64,000 nt of DNA from Raillietiella orientalis. Taxonomy: Eukaryota. The notes beneath the pieces were generated by a model. It was given only the letters and a program-made list of their open reading frames with translations, did no database searches and had not been told where the DNA came from. This document shows, piece after piece, positions 13,701 through 24,926 of this stretch; position 1 is the first letter of the stretch; each line of letters starts with the position of its first letter. The stretch is from assembly GCA_036172245.1 (NCBI GenBank), contig JAYWIR010000010.1, positions 2,728,001-2,792,000 on the forward strand, read 5' to 3'. Made by a program: the position numbers and the translations under genes.

Positions 13701-16219
13701 TGGCTGCCCAGCTGGAAAGGGAAGGAAGGGGGGAGGCGGCGACAGATGCCTGCCCGGAAGTTGACCTTCGCGCACACGCGCAGATCCGGTGGGGCGGACA
13801 CACACGAGAGAATGTCGACCGGCCGTCGCTAAGACAACCGCCTCTCGGTTCCCGCGACTCCTCTTTCCTTGGTGGCGTGCCGCGCCGCCAACGGTCCACC
13901 TGTTCCCTCCTTCCCTTCGACAAGCCGGGCGATGAGGGCGAGGCGGGAGGGAGCAGAGTTGGATGCCCCTCTCCCCCCTTCCAGCCGCTGTTGCTCCTTG
14001 GAGTCTCTCCCTCGGTTTCTCATCCCGCCCGCGTGCGACCTGTGTCCCTTCGAGTCGCCTCGAAGTCCCAGGGGCGCTCGTTCGGACATCGGGGCGAAAG
14101 GTACTCCATGTCCGTCTCCAAGGACGACGACATGGAGTACTTGCCTCGGAGGAGGGCCGTCGCTCGATACCCCGAGGGTTCTTCCAGATCATTCGGGAGG
14201 GACGCTCTCGTCTCCCGCTCCCGAGAGTGTCATACCTGGAGATGCCCGGACGAGGCAAGTAGTTCCAGACCGCGTCCGGAATCCGAGCTCCCTTGTTGGC
14301 ATCCCTGACACCCTGGACACCTCTGCCACTGGAGGGCCTTCCTGAGTAATCCCTGTAGGCGAAGGCCGCCTCCGCTCCCAGCACCTCGGAGTCCCGCGCG
14401 GGGCGCATCCAGAGATTGGGAGGATGCCCTTGCCTTACGCTCAGCGGAATTCCAGGAGGGAAGGAGCCACGAATCCTAGGTAATCCCTCCCGGTCCCTCG
14501 CTCGGGGGACGCCTCCGTGAACCGTCACGAAGCGGAAGCGCTGTTTGCAGGGAGGTGGTGAAGGAGGCTCCCTGTGTCGGTCCTCTCGAATAGGGCTGGG
14601 GTCGAGCGGCCAGTCCGCCTGCAGACGCGCGCAGATCCTCGCCACCCGTACGTGCCCGGCAGGCGCGCACGCCTGCGCGCTCACGCGTGCCCGAGGAGCT
14701 CCCGAAGGAGACGGAAGACTCGGGACAGCATCCTCCCCCTTCTCATTTGCGCGGAGGACCTCCTCCTCTTGCGGCCGGACATCCTGGAGTTCCCGGCCCG
14801 CCTCGCCTCAGGGTTCTTCAAATCCCTTCCACGTGTGTGGTCCTGCCTTTCCCCCCCTGGGCGTCTGGCCTCGCTCTTACCCGCCCCGCATCCCTCCTGT
14901 CTTCGAGGAAAAAGCCGCCGGTCACCACGGGGAGGGGTGGGGTCCGCGCTGCCCCTTCCAAGGAGCGAGTGGGGAAAGTGGAGCGGGATCGCTCCTAGGG
15001 GAACGCGGCTGGGTATCGGTATGAGGAGGAGCGCGCCTCCTCCCTCGTGGGGACTGCCAGGAAGGCACCCTCGATCCCTTCCTCCGTCACCCCACTCCCC
15101 TCTCCCCTGTGAGCGAAGTCGTCACCCCAGCTGCACAGGGCACATCGAGGCCCTCGGTCGTGCGCTCCTGGAGCCCATACCGGCAGTGCCTTCCCGGCGG
15201 CGAGAGCCGCAGGACCACGTGAGGGAGGGAGGGAGGGGGAGGGGAGGCCGAGAGAGTCGCTCCGCTCATTCGTACAGCGCGTGCATGCGTGGCGGCGGAC
15301 AGGCGCATGCGCACGCGCGCGCGTCCACGAGTGCACGCGTGGCGGCAGGAGCAGGACGGGAGACAACAGGTACGTACGTCCCTAGGCGTACACGTGTACT
15401 TGTGCGTACGAGTGTCCCACATGCTCCTGGAGTCCGTTTAGGTCTGCGGCCGGCGTCGCGCGCGCGCATGCCTGGGGGAAAGGGGGTCATCCTGGTCGAG
15501 TGCGCGTGTCCCGAACAACCGTTGCGGGGGGGAGGAGGAAGGAGAGAGGGATAGGAGGCTGGAAGAAGAGATGCGCTGATTCGGTTTCGAGAGCCGTTCG
15601 GGTTCGGCCGCCTTGATCGTAAGCGAACTGCAATCCGCGCACTCCTTGGTGCCTTTTTCGGAAGAAGAATGAGAACGTCCCGAATCCTGGAGAGCGTCGC
15701 TGTCCATCCAGGATTCGGAACGTTCTCATCCGTCTTCAGAAGACGTCTTCCTCTCCAGAGCATCCGGGAGGTTCGGAGGGGAGTAATGTCCACACTGCTT
15801 CCCTCCTTCCCTTGAAAGGGGTCTGGTCCCTAGGGCTCGTCCGTCCCGCTAGAGCGCGCGGCAAGTCGGAGCCTCGGAGCGGGCCGCAGACGGCTCAGAT
15901 CGACGGGCGCGAGGGAGGAAGGGGAGGAGAGGTAGAGGGCAGGGGCCGAGTGAGGGGACTGTCTTTCGGAGCCTCGCGCTCCCTCGCTTTTCGCGGCTCG
16001 AGCGTCTCGCATCGGAGTGCGCCACCGCCACCGTCACCGCCGCAGGCGGCGGGTGAGCCGGGCCGAAACGACAGCTGGCCGCGCGCCCGCAGCGGTGGTC
16101 GCGTCGGCAGGTGCCCGCCACGACCGGCAGCCAGCTGACCTCCGATCCGTGTCGGACATATGGTCCTCCCCGCGCCCCCTCGGGGCGAGGGAAGCGTTGT
16201 GGCCTCATGGCGCGCATGA

Positions 16220-16239
16220 CGCGCGCGCGCGCGCGCGCG
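16220..16239. repeat. (CG)10 dinucleotide run, Z-DNA-prone
   Basis: cgcgcgcgcgcgcgcgcgcg read directly from the sequence. Confidence 0.9.
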
Positions 16240-19200
16240 TAGCGAAGGGAGCGCGCCACTGCAGCGGCAGGGAGAAAAAAGGAAGAAAAAAAAAGTCAGA
16301 AACGAACGGTCCTCTCACAAAGAGAGCGGTGTATTGGTAGAGAGGATTCCTTTCCCCCTCCTCCCTTGCTTCTTTCTCCGTTCCGATTTTGTAGAAAGGT
16401 CAGAGGTGAGGGCGGCGGCTGCCACGTGTGGGGCTCTGCGAAAGGTGCAGGAGGGAAGCGGGTGGGAGCGAAGGTGTTCGTCCTCCTGTAACCTGTCCAC
16501 ATGCAAGCAGATGAAGGGATATGGATCCCTCTTCCATTCCCCTATCTCTCCTTCATCTTTAAAGTGGGGAGGGGGGTCTCGAAGGTGCCCGCGTTGGACC
16601 CGCCGGCGAGACGCTCTCTCGCCACCTGTGGCTTCCTCCGCAACCAGTTCAGTTGTTCCTTTCGGCGAGAGATGGCAGGCAAACCTGAGCGCGGCGGGCT
16701 GCGACCGAAGCGGAGACAGGAGACGCTGGCAGGCCGTGGGCATCCGTTCGGTTCCCCCCTTCTGGAGAGGAAGGAGGCAAAGCGCGATCCCTCGCGCCTC
16801 TGCGCGCGGGAGTCGCGCGTCGCGATCCTATTGGTCGGGAATCTCCAATGGGAAGGGCCGGTGTCTGTCGAGGTGGTCCTCCGCCTGTAGGATCCGGGAA
16901 ACCCGCGAACTTGGTGATAGGGAGGGAGGCCGTTCGAAGGGTCCCGGAGGAATCCTTCGAGGAATGCGCCAGCAGGGAACTCGAATTCCTTCGGACACCA
17001 GCTCGGGGAAACTCGGGCTACTCCTAGGGCGGCTCCAGGACTCTGTAAGGAAGAGAAAAAAAGGAAAGGCGGCATTGGCGCGAGGACCTTGGCGACGAGG
17101 TGCTCCCGCCCCCAGCCCTCGCGGAGTCCGCCGACAAAGGCGGAGCCTCCCGCTAGGGACCCAGAGGGATGCGGATCGACCCCAGGACGCTATCCTGACA
17201 CCCTGGGGAGAAACGGGGAGGAGGGGGAGCCACTACAGGCTTCCTTGGGGACCACCACGCGCCCCGAGATGACAGCTTCCCGACCCCTCGTTCCCGCTCA
17301 TCTGCCGAAGGGCCGGCGCTCGGCGAGCCCACGGGTCCTGCGTCCAGGCGCTCTCTTGCGTGGGGGAGGAGGGAAGGGGATCGTCCCCTTAGGGGTTGAA
17401 GGGAGACTGGACCCTCCGGACCCTGCAGGAGACTCACGAGCGGGAGTCCGGAGGGTCGGCGGAAAAGATTCGCCCTCCCACCCTTTCTCTTCTCTTCCCG
17501 CTTGAGTCGACCACGAGACTGCGGTAACGTCCCGGAGGATGACGGGCGCGCACAGGACGGCGCGCTCCCTTCCCAGTGCGGCGGCCGCGCGAGTGCACCT
17601 TTCCCCTTCCCGCAGGATCGGCGATTGGGGGAGGAGGGGGAGGCGCGTCTCCGCGGCAACGGTGGTCGCTCCCAGGCCGCCCGGGCCGCGATTCCGCGCC
17701 ACCCGTAACGCTCGCTAGCGAGGGCCGAGGGTCCACGGGAAGTGACACCATGAGGCCGGGAGGCGCCAAGTGCCACAAGAAGGCGGGAGGCCATCTCCTG
17801 TTACCAACGGATACTCGGGCGGCAGGCCACCGCCCCGCTCCAGAGCAGACCGTGCCCGGAGCTGGCCAACCTTCCCTTCCTCCACTATTTCGCCGGGGCC
17901 CCTCCCCGGGGAGCTGCCGAAGCGGACGCGCGTGTGCAGGGGCTGCCCGGAATTTCTTTGCCCACTGCCCCGCCCTCCTCCCGATCCCTCCGGGGCACCT
18001 CTACCGAACCGTGCCCGAGGACTCCTCTCCCAGAAGGCGGACGGGGACATATTTGCCGGTCTCGAGCGTGCTGCCCGGGACAGCCGTAGCCTCTGTGGGC
18101 CAAGGGGAGAGGGCAGCACCTTAGCGGTTGCTTTCGGAAGAAGCAGGTGGTCCGTCGGCCCCGCGCCTGCCGCGGATGGCAACCACGCAGAGTCTCTGAG
18201 GAAGGAGGCATCGGGAAGAGGCGTCCTCAGCTCCCGCAGCAGCTTCGGGGGCTCGAGTGCCCCGCGACGCCTTTCCCTCGGTGGGCGTAGGTCGCATCCG
18301 GGCGGCAACCTCGGGCTGCCCCCCGCGCGTCCTCTTCGGGGCTGCAGCGTTGCGGGAGGGCTGAGCACAGCTGTCTCGTCGGTCGCTGCCGTCGCCCTAG
18401 GCAATCCCTGGAGGGAAGCTGACGACTCCGGACGCCGCCGTCCGGGAGCGCGGCCCATGCTCTGCAGCGGTGGGAATGCGACCTCGCCGCGTCGCATTCG
18501 CGAAAGTCACGGGGAGTCGCCCTTAACTCCCTGGTCAACAGCCGAAACGGCTAGGTTGCTCCTGGAATGGTGATGAAAGAATTTGGGGGGAGGGATGCAG
18601 AGGGAGGCGGCGGGTGGAAGAAAGGAGTGCCAAGGTGCAAGGCTACGGTCGGTGCGGGGGCTGCGTCTTCCGGGGGCGAGTCCTTTCCTGTGATGGAATC
18701 CCCTGCTCCTCTTTTCATTATGACCGGCCGATCTGCCGCGGGAGTGCGCGGAGGTCTCGGGGTCGCTACCATGTATGCCGTCTGCTCCCTCTCGGGCCGC
18801 TTGCGCCATCTCCACGCGGAACGAGGAACTAGAGAGGAGGGAGAGTGTGCAGCGAGAACTGTCCCTAGCGGAGCTGCAGAGTCCCGCCGGCCCCATAGCT
18901 AGGAAGACGGACGCTGCTCGACCTCGTGGCGGACAACGAAATCCGGGCACCCACCCGCGCCCGGAGCAGCAAGGGGGAATCCTCGTTGCCTCCCGGGAGG
19001 AGTTGCCGAGGGCTTCCTGTTTACGCAAGGAGCTCCGGCGGCGTTCCGCAGCTCCGTCGACCAGCGCACCTTCTTGCGGTTCCCCAGAGGGATGGATGAA
19101 AGGCTCCTCTGTCTCCGTTCTCGAAGTTCCTTCCCGCAGAAGGGGAGCAAGGGGCGCTTCGACAAAGACGGCGCGAAGAATGGCCAGCATTCCTGGCGGC

Positions 19201-22200
19201 CCGCTACTCTTCTTCGTCCGGCATACAGAACCCTTCCGAGGGGGTTCCCGTTGGTGTTTGTGTACCGGTCCGAGGCGGAAGCTGCCGTCGCGTCTCCTCG
19301 GCGAAGCTCTCAGGCGTCTCTCGTGCCCGGGGCAGAGGGCGGGAGAGACGCGATTCCCACGTTCGATGATTGCGGGGCGCGCGGAGGGACGGAGAGCCCG
19401 CCGCTTCCTGCTCGTCTCAGGGATCCCAGAGCTCGCGGGGAGAGCAGCAGCTCGGGGAAGCGAACAGTGGTGGCTGCAAGTGGCCGACGGACCCGCTCGC
19501 CCTGGAACGCCGACGGAGCGCGCAGAGCCCCTCTGGAAGACACCCCCTGCCCTCCCGCCTCCTAGAAGCAGCAGCAGCACGTCGGCACCCGACCCTTCAC
19601 AGAGACACCCCGCCCCGGTCCAAGCTCGGCATCGCGACCTTCCATGAAGGTCACCTCCATCCTCGGGGGCTGACCGACCGAACTCGGAGAAGGCCCCAAG
19701 GGCGGAGACGACGCTCGCCTTCGGGCGGACCTTCCTCCGCGACCCCTCGGCCGCCTGTCTGCTCGGAAGGCCGCGGCGCTCGTCCGGGAGCTCCTTAGGC
19801 ACCGCACTTTCGCCACCTCCATGAGGTACCCCGGGGAGTCCTGCCGAGCTCAGACGCCGTCACCGTCACCTTGCCGACGTGACCGGGCGGCCGCCGCCTC
19901 CGCCCAAGGACTTGGCAAAGTCGGGCTCTCGAGGAGTCAGGCGGCCGGTCTGTCTTCTCAGGGCCGAGTCACCCTGCCCCCTGACGGCGGGTCCCGCGGA
20001 GAGCAGGCGAGGGACGTCGAGCCCGCAGGGCTCTTTCTTGACGACGTCATCCGCGGGTGGGGAAGGGGGATCCTGCACGCTTCCCGTGCTCACAGAGGAG
20101 ACGAGCGGCTTCGCCGCCTCTCATGTTTGCGAGGTCTTCCCCTCCAACGACCTCCTCAGGCAGGTCGCCTGGATGGGACACCGGCCTCCTCCTATCCAAA
20201 CAGATCCACGCCTCCTTCCGACGGCCGGCGGCGGTAGTTCGAAGTCTCGGTGCTCCTTCAGGAGGCTTCTTCTTCTCTTGCTTGCCGTCCCTTCCAGCAG
20301 TCGCCTTGTGGGGATGCTCTGTTGGTTTATCACCCGGTCACACCAACACGTTTATTATAAAAAATAATAAACATACATGTGTAGGACCATCGACCTTACA
20401 TCGTCCGAAAATGTTCGGAACCTGCGGAGTAACCAGCACGCTGGCTGTCGAGGTATGCCTAGGCATCGGAGGGGGTAAACAAAACTAAGAATCAATGATA
20501 AAAAAAAACTTTGGGATGCACGGGAAGAGATCACAGGGAGCTGGAGGGCGTCCTCTGCATCCTTTCCAGGATGCCGGCAAGCTACATCCGAGTATGCCCC
20601 AGGTGGAGCCATCTAGCTGCCGTACGCGGACAAAGTGCGGGGAGAAGCAGATGGCGTCCTATCGTGCCGTCCTCTCGCGTAGCTCCAGTCCGCCACAATT
20701 CCGCGTAGGCAGCAGCAAAAAGCTGCTAGGAATGCGGCAGGCGAAAGGGCCTCGCGCACGAAGAGGCGCTTTAACACGTCTCTGGGATTGTCCGCCGGTG
20801 CACCAAGGGCCGTTGTGTAACACAACCTCAGTAGCCGGAGGGCAAGTCTACAAGCAGATGTGGGAGGGATTCCCGTTCCCACCTGCAACAGCTGGGGTCC
20901 ACGGCCCTCCGAGTCCAGTGAGACCGGCGGACGTTGCACAGGAGACCCCAATGCAGCAGCAGAAGTGCCGACTCCTGCCACTTCAGGAGGAGGGCTTTGC
21001 TGTTCTTCAGCTCTGGGGGCCACTCGAGGTCTTCCTGTGGGATTCCCAGCAGCTCACCCCAGCACAGTAGTCATCTCGGTAAGGCACTTGGGGTAGCAGC
21101 GTTCGTGAGCTGGTCTGTGGTCCGGCCACCCTATTCCCTCGTCCGAAGACCTATTTCGCAACTGACCTCCCATTTGGCCTGCTGGTTAATGCCCAGGCGC
21201 TCCCTGAGGGAGGGCAATGCCGCACAAAGGCATTGCCGTTCTTCGTGTCCACGCACACTTGGCGAGCTGCACGATGACCTCCTGCAGCGAGTGGTTGCTG
21301 TGGAAGGAGTGCAGCCTCGCTGCCGCATCTCGGGATGCACCGTTGGGAGGCTTTACTGTGGATGCCCGAGGCGGAGGAGAGAGTCCCTCGATGGAGTCGC
21401 CTTCCCTGCACGAGTTGCCCGGGAGCTGCTGCTCAGCCAGGAGGAGGACGGATGGGGAGCGGCAAGGGGTGCCGATCTCTCCCCACGGCAGCTGCAGGAC
21501 TCACGGCGCCGGGTCTCTCCGCCCAGCGCCGAGGGTTCCGCCAGTTCAAGAGAAGTCAAGTAGCCTCGGAGACCTGCGACAGGGAATCCCTCCGGAGAAA
21601 CCAGGAAGTCAGGGGTGGAGGTAGCCTTCAGGACGGGTCCAATCAAACGCACACGGCCGTCGGCGACTTCCCTTCCTGGTAAGAAAAAAAGGATCGGGAA
21701 GGAGGAAAAGGAGGAGGAGGATCTCTTTGCCACTTGCCACTTGCTGCGTGTACCTCCCTGCGGAGAAATAAGGGATGTACCACCTGCCAGGAGCACATAC
21801 CCAGCTCCTTACCGGAGCACCTCTGGTCGTCCGGAAAGACGAGATTCTGAAGCTCTTCGGGCAAGTTTCGTCCAGGATCACGTAGGAGAGGGACCCGTTG
21901 CCTACCCGAATGGGCGCTCTGGAAGGTTCAGTTGCTTCGCTCGATGCCCAGGAGCCCGCGATCAGCCTGCAAAAATGGACTCTGCACCCACTCTGGTTCC
22001 TTGCGTCTTTTCGTCCTTCCTACGGGAGCAGAAAAGCTATCTGGGAAGATGGCTGGACGCACCACCTAATTCTTCCCACGAATCAGGCGTATCGTGGACG
22101 AACGCTTCCCCACGTTCATCCATGGACCTTCTGCTGCTGCTGCAGTCCCTGCAAACATCCATGAGGATGCTGCCTCATTTTTGCCGCTCCCTTGGGTCGC

Positions 22201-23066
22201 TTGTGCCATCTCTGCGCGGAACGAAGAACTAGTGAGAGGAAGGAACCTGCGACGAAGATGGTTCCCTGGGGCTCAGCGAGGAAGACGCTTCGTAGACGCG
22301 GACGATGGAGGAAGGGGGTCTTCTTCCAGATGCTGGAGACGGAAGGGAGAACGTGTTTTGATTCAGGATAGCTCCCTGGTAGGCTCTGCGTGCATCTGCA
22401 TCTGCAGCAAAGAGCTCCCCCGAGGAAGGTGCGGGAGCCAGCAACGTGATACCTGACCCTGGAGAAGCTGCAAGATGAGGCGAGACACTTCTAGAGCTCC
22501 TCGGGGGGTCCGGAGGGGAACTCCACTCCTTGATTCTTGGAAGGATCCGAAGGTCGACTCCCATTGTCCCGGCCCTCATTGTCCCGGGAGCATCCGGTTT
22601 CAACCGCTACCAGTGCCGCACCCGAATGAATGGAGGCCAACCAGCGTCATCTTGCGGGAGGAACTCGGCACCCACGATGCCTGCCCCGTCGATTCATTTG
22701 GGAGAATTTCAACCCACGGGCGGAGACCACCGTAACCGCAAACCTCCAGCGCGGACACTTTCCCTGTTGAACCCTGTTTCTCCCAAGGAAGACATCACGG
22801 ACATTCCCAAGAGCAGGATCTTGTAGGCCTCCCTCCGGATTCCATGAAGTACAGAGAGGACCAGGAGATGCCCATGAAGGGAGCTCACGTTCCGGAGAGC
22901 TCAGTGAGTGTGGTGACCGTTGGACGGCCACGTGGCATGCAACAAGGGCCAAGGGAGACTCCACCCCCAGGAGGTCCTGGAGCCTCACTCCGCCCTTCTC
23001 CCGGTTTCTGGGGTGCGCCACGGCTTCACATCGCATCCGAGGAAAAGGAAAGGAGCATTGGCGCGT

Positions 23067-24926
23067 TTATTTCCGCTTCCGGAAGCAGACGCCTTCCTTC
23101 GCCTGCGGAAGTTTCTTCCGTCGGGAGCTGCCGATCTCCAGCAGCAGGACGAGCGCGCACACGGCCGAGACGGCCAGCAGCGCCAGCTGCACTTCCCGGA
23201 ACTTGCTGTACGACAGGGTGCTCACGAGGTCCCGGAGCGACCTGGGAGCGCTTTGGTGTATGGGAGGCAAGTCTATGGTTTCCTCCTGCCTCCAGTAGCT
23301 CACCAGACCCACTTGAGCCAGCAGCCTCACGGTGGGGCTGAGGATCCGCGGGAATGGTTTCGTCTCGCTGGTCATCACCACCATCGGGACCTCATAGATT
23401 TTGTGCTTCCCAAAGTATAGGTTGTCGGGCGCTTTGGTGACGTTCATTCGGTCGCCGACATAGCCCAGCAACGCTGTCCTCTGCACGAAGGACGCGTACC
23501 TGCCTGGCTGCCGCAGCATCGTCTCTATCATGTTGTCGATACCTCCTTCGACCACCTCCCTCGGCGAGGTGATCTCAGGGAGGTCCATGGTCAGGGCGGA
23601 GGAGGACAGGAGCACAGTCATGCCGGAGTCCTCGAGGTCCAGCAGGTTGTCCACCGGCCGACGGAATGTTGGACGGACTAGGACGGAGAGGAGCACACCG
23701 TGGTACGACCATGCGACCAGGGAGCCGGTGAGCATCCACAAGGAGAACAGGATCTTGTAGGAAGCATAGGGCCTCCTGTGCAGCACGCTCTGCATCAAAA
23801 GAGTCTGCACGATGCGGAAGAACCCCAGCTGAAACTCCCTCTTGGGGCAGCGCTTCCGAGTGCGGAGGGACAGTAGGCAGAGGATAGTTCCCTGGAGCAT
23901 CCCGACTCCCGCCACGCAGGCGATCAGCAGCAACCACAGAGAGGGGCTGAAGACAGCGATGAAGGCAGACCACTCTGGCAGCGCCTCCGGGGGAGTACTG
24001 AGTATCACCCACTTCTCGTCGTCATAGAGCAGGAAGTTACCCCGCGGCAGGTGGGACGGGAGGCTCAGGCTGAAGCCGCTGATGGCGAGGTCGGCGCCGC
24101 CGTCCTGGATGACCCGGTAGCAGCCCGTCGGCTCCTGCTTTCTGGTTCTCCGGAAGCCGTCCCCCAGATGCATGAAGGACATTGTAAAGTTGTGGGCGTG
24201 GGAAAGGGCTTTTAGGAGGGACGCCTCGAGGCCATAGGCATCGCCCCTCCTGTCGAAGTAGAAGAACGGGGGCAGGTGTAGGGCGCATACCACTAGGCGT
24301 TCCCCTCGAAAGTCATACCTTGCGACGTTTGCGGAGGCGGAAGAAAGGGATGAGGCAGCCCGTTCCAGCAGGCAGTTGTGGGAGAAACTGGCCTCTGGGT
24401 AACCCTCACTGAGGTGGGGGTACAGCTGGCACACAGGACGTGCCTTCCACTCCGGGGTGCACACGTACATTAGCTCAGGCACCATGTGATTCCCGTAGAG
24501 GTGATCCAGAGGGGGGAACGACCAGGACAGGTTCGCCAGTATCACGAAGGGTCTGGTGAGGGACGACTCGATGCGGTGGATGAGAGGCACGCACGGGAGG
24601 CACATGGAAGTGTTGGCGCCGCAGTTCATCAGCACGATGGAGTAGCCCCGAGTAGGGGGTCCTGGGGAAGCGCGGATGCACACTCGGCAGCGCTCATGGA
24701 GGCTCACGATCAGGTAGTCCCTGCTCGAGGAGGACGGGTCTTGTAGGGACAATAGCATCTCTCCCGTGACACAGCACTTGGAGGTACGGAGGATGAGCAG
24801 GTCGTGGAGGCAGGTGCGGTTACAGGCGGGACCCTGGGAGAAGGAAGAGGGAAGAGCCAGCAGCAGCAGCAGCAGCAGCAGCAGAGGAAGGGGAGGCAGC
24901 GGAAAGGGTACAGAGAATGGGGACAT
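23067..24926 (-). CDS. Divergent ionotropic receptor (IR, variant iGluR family), single exon, 619 aa
   Basis: First ATG at 24926 (the ORF track starts at an upstream non-ATG codon) gives a signal peptide MSPFSVPFPLPPLPLLLLLLLLLALPSSFSQG. S1 lobe: GERLVVCALHLPPFF...YGLEASLLKALSHAHNFT...IQDGGADLAISG. First TM: FIAVFSPSLWLLLIAC. Pore segment: FFRIVQTLLMQ. Second TM: KILFSLWMLTGSLVAWSYHGVLLSVLVRP, followed by PVDNLLDL. End of S2: LAQVGLVSYW. Last TM: LALLAVSAVCALVLLLEI. This is the canonical IR topology. Confidence 0.93.
   Translation of the reverse strand: MSPFSVPFPLPPLPLLLLLLLLLALPSSFSQGPACNRTCLHDLLILRTSKCCVTGEMLLSLQDPSSSSRDYLIVSLHERCRVCIRASPGPPTRGYSIVLMNCGANTSMCLPCVPLIHRIESSLTRPFVILANLSWSFPPLDHLYGNHMVPELMYVCTPEWKARPVCQLYPHLSEGYPEASFSHNCLLERAASSLSSASANVARYDFRGERLVVCALHLPPFFYFDRRGDAYGLEASLLKALSHAHNFTMSFMHLGDGFRRTRKQEPTGCYRVIQDGGADLAISGFSLSLPSHLPRGNFLLYDDEKWVILSTPPEALPEWSAFIAVFSPSLWLLLIACVAGVGMLQGTILCLLSLRTRKRCPKREFQLGFFRIVQTLLMQSVLHRRPYASYKILFSLWMLTGSLVAWSYHGVLLSVLVRPTFRRPVDNLLDLEDSGMTVLLSSSALTMDLPEITSPREVVEGGIDNMIETMLRQPGRYASFVQRTALLGYVGDRMNVTKAPDNLYFGKHKIYEVPMVVMTSETKPFPRILSPTVRLLAQVGLVSYWRQEETIDLPPIHQSAPRSLRDLVSTLSYSKFREVQLALLAVSAVCALVLLLEIGSSRRKKLPQAKEGVCFRKRK
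24858..24884 (-). repeat. (CTG)9 coding microsatellite encoding the poly-Leu core of the IR signal peptide
   Basis: (CAG)9 on the plus strand, in frame with L9 of the IR ORF. Confidence 0.92.

Noticed and set aside
13203..14684. 493-aa minus-strand ORF (and the similar 431-aa ORF at 18507-19802)
   Set aside because: No recognisable motif and overlapped by several long ORFs in other frames, as expected from stop-codon scarcity in GC-rich DNA.
20583..20725. Gypsy integrase zinc-finger-like text (LLLP-x10-LHLGH) on the minus strand
   Set aside because: Bounded by stops, no downstream C-x2-C or DDE core, no RT/RNase H or LTRs; another frame looks equally protein-like.
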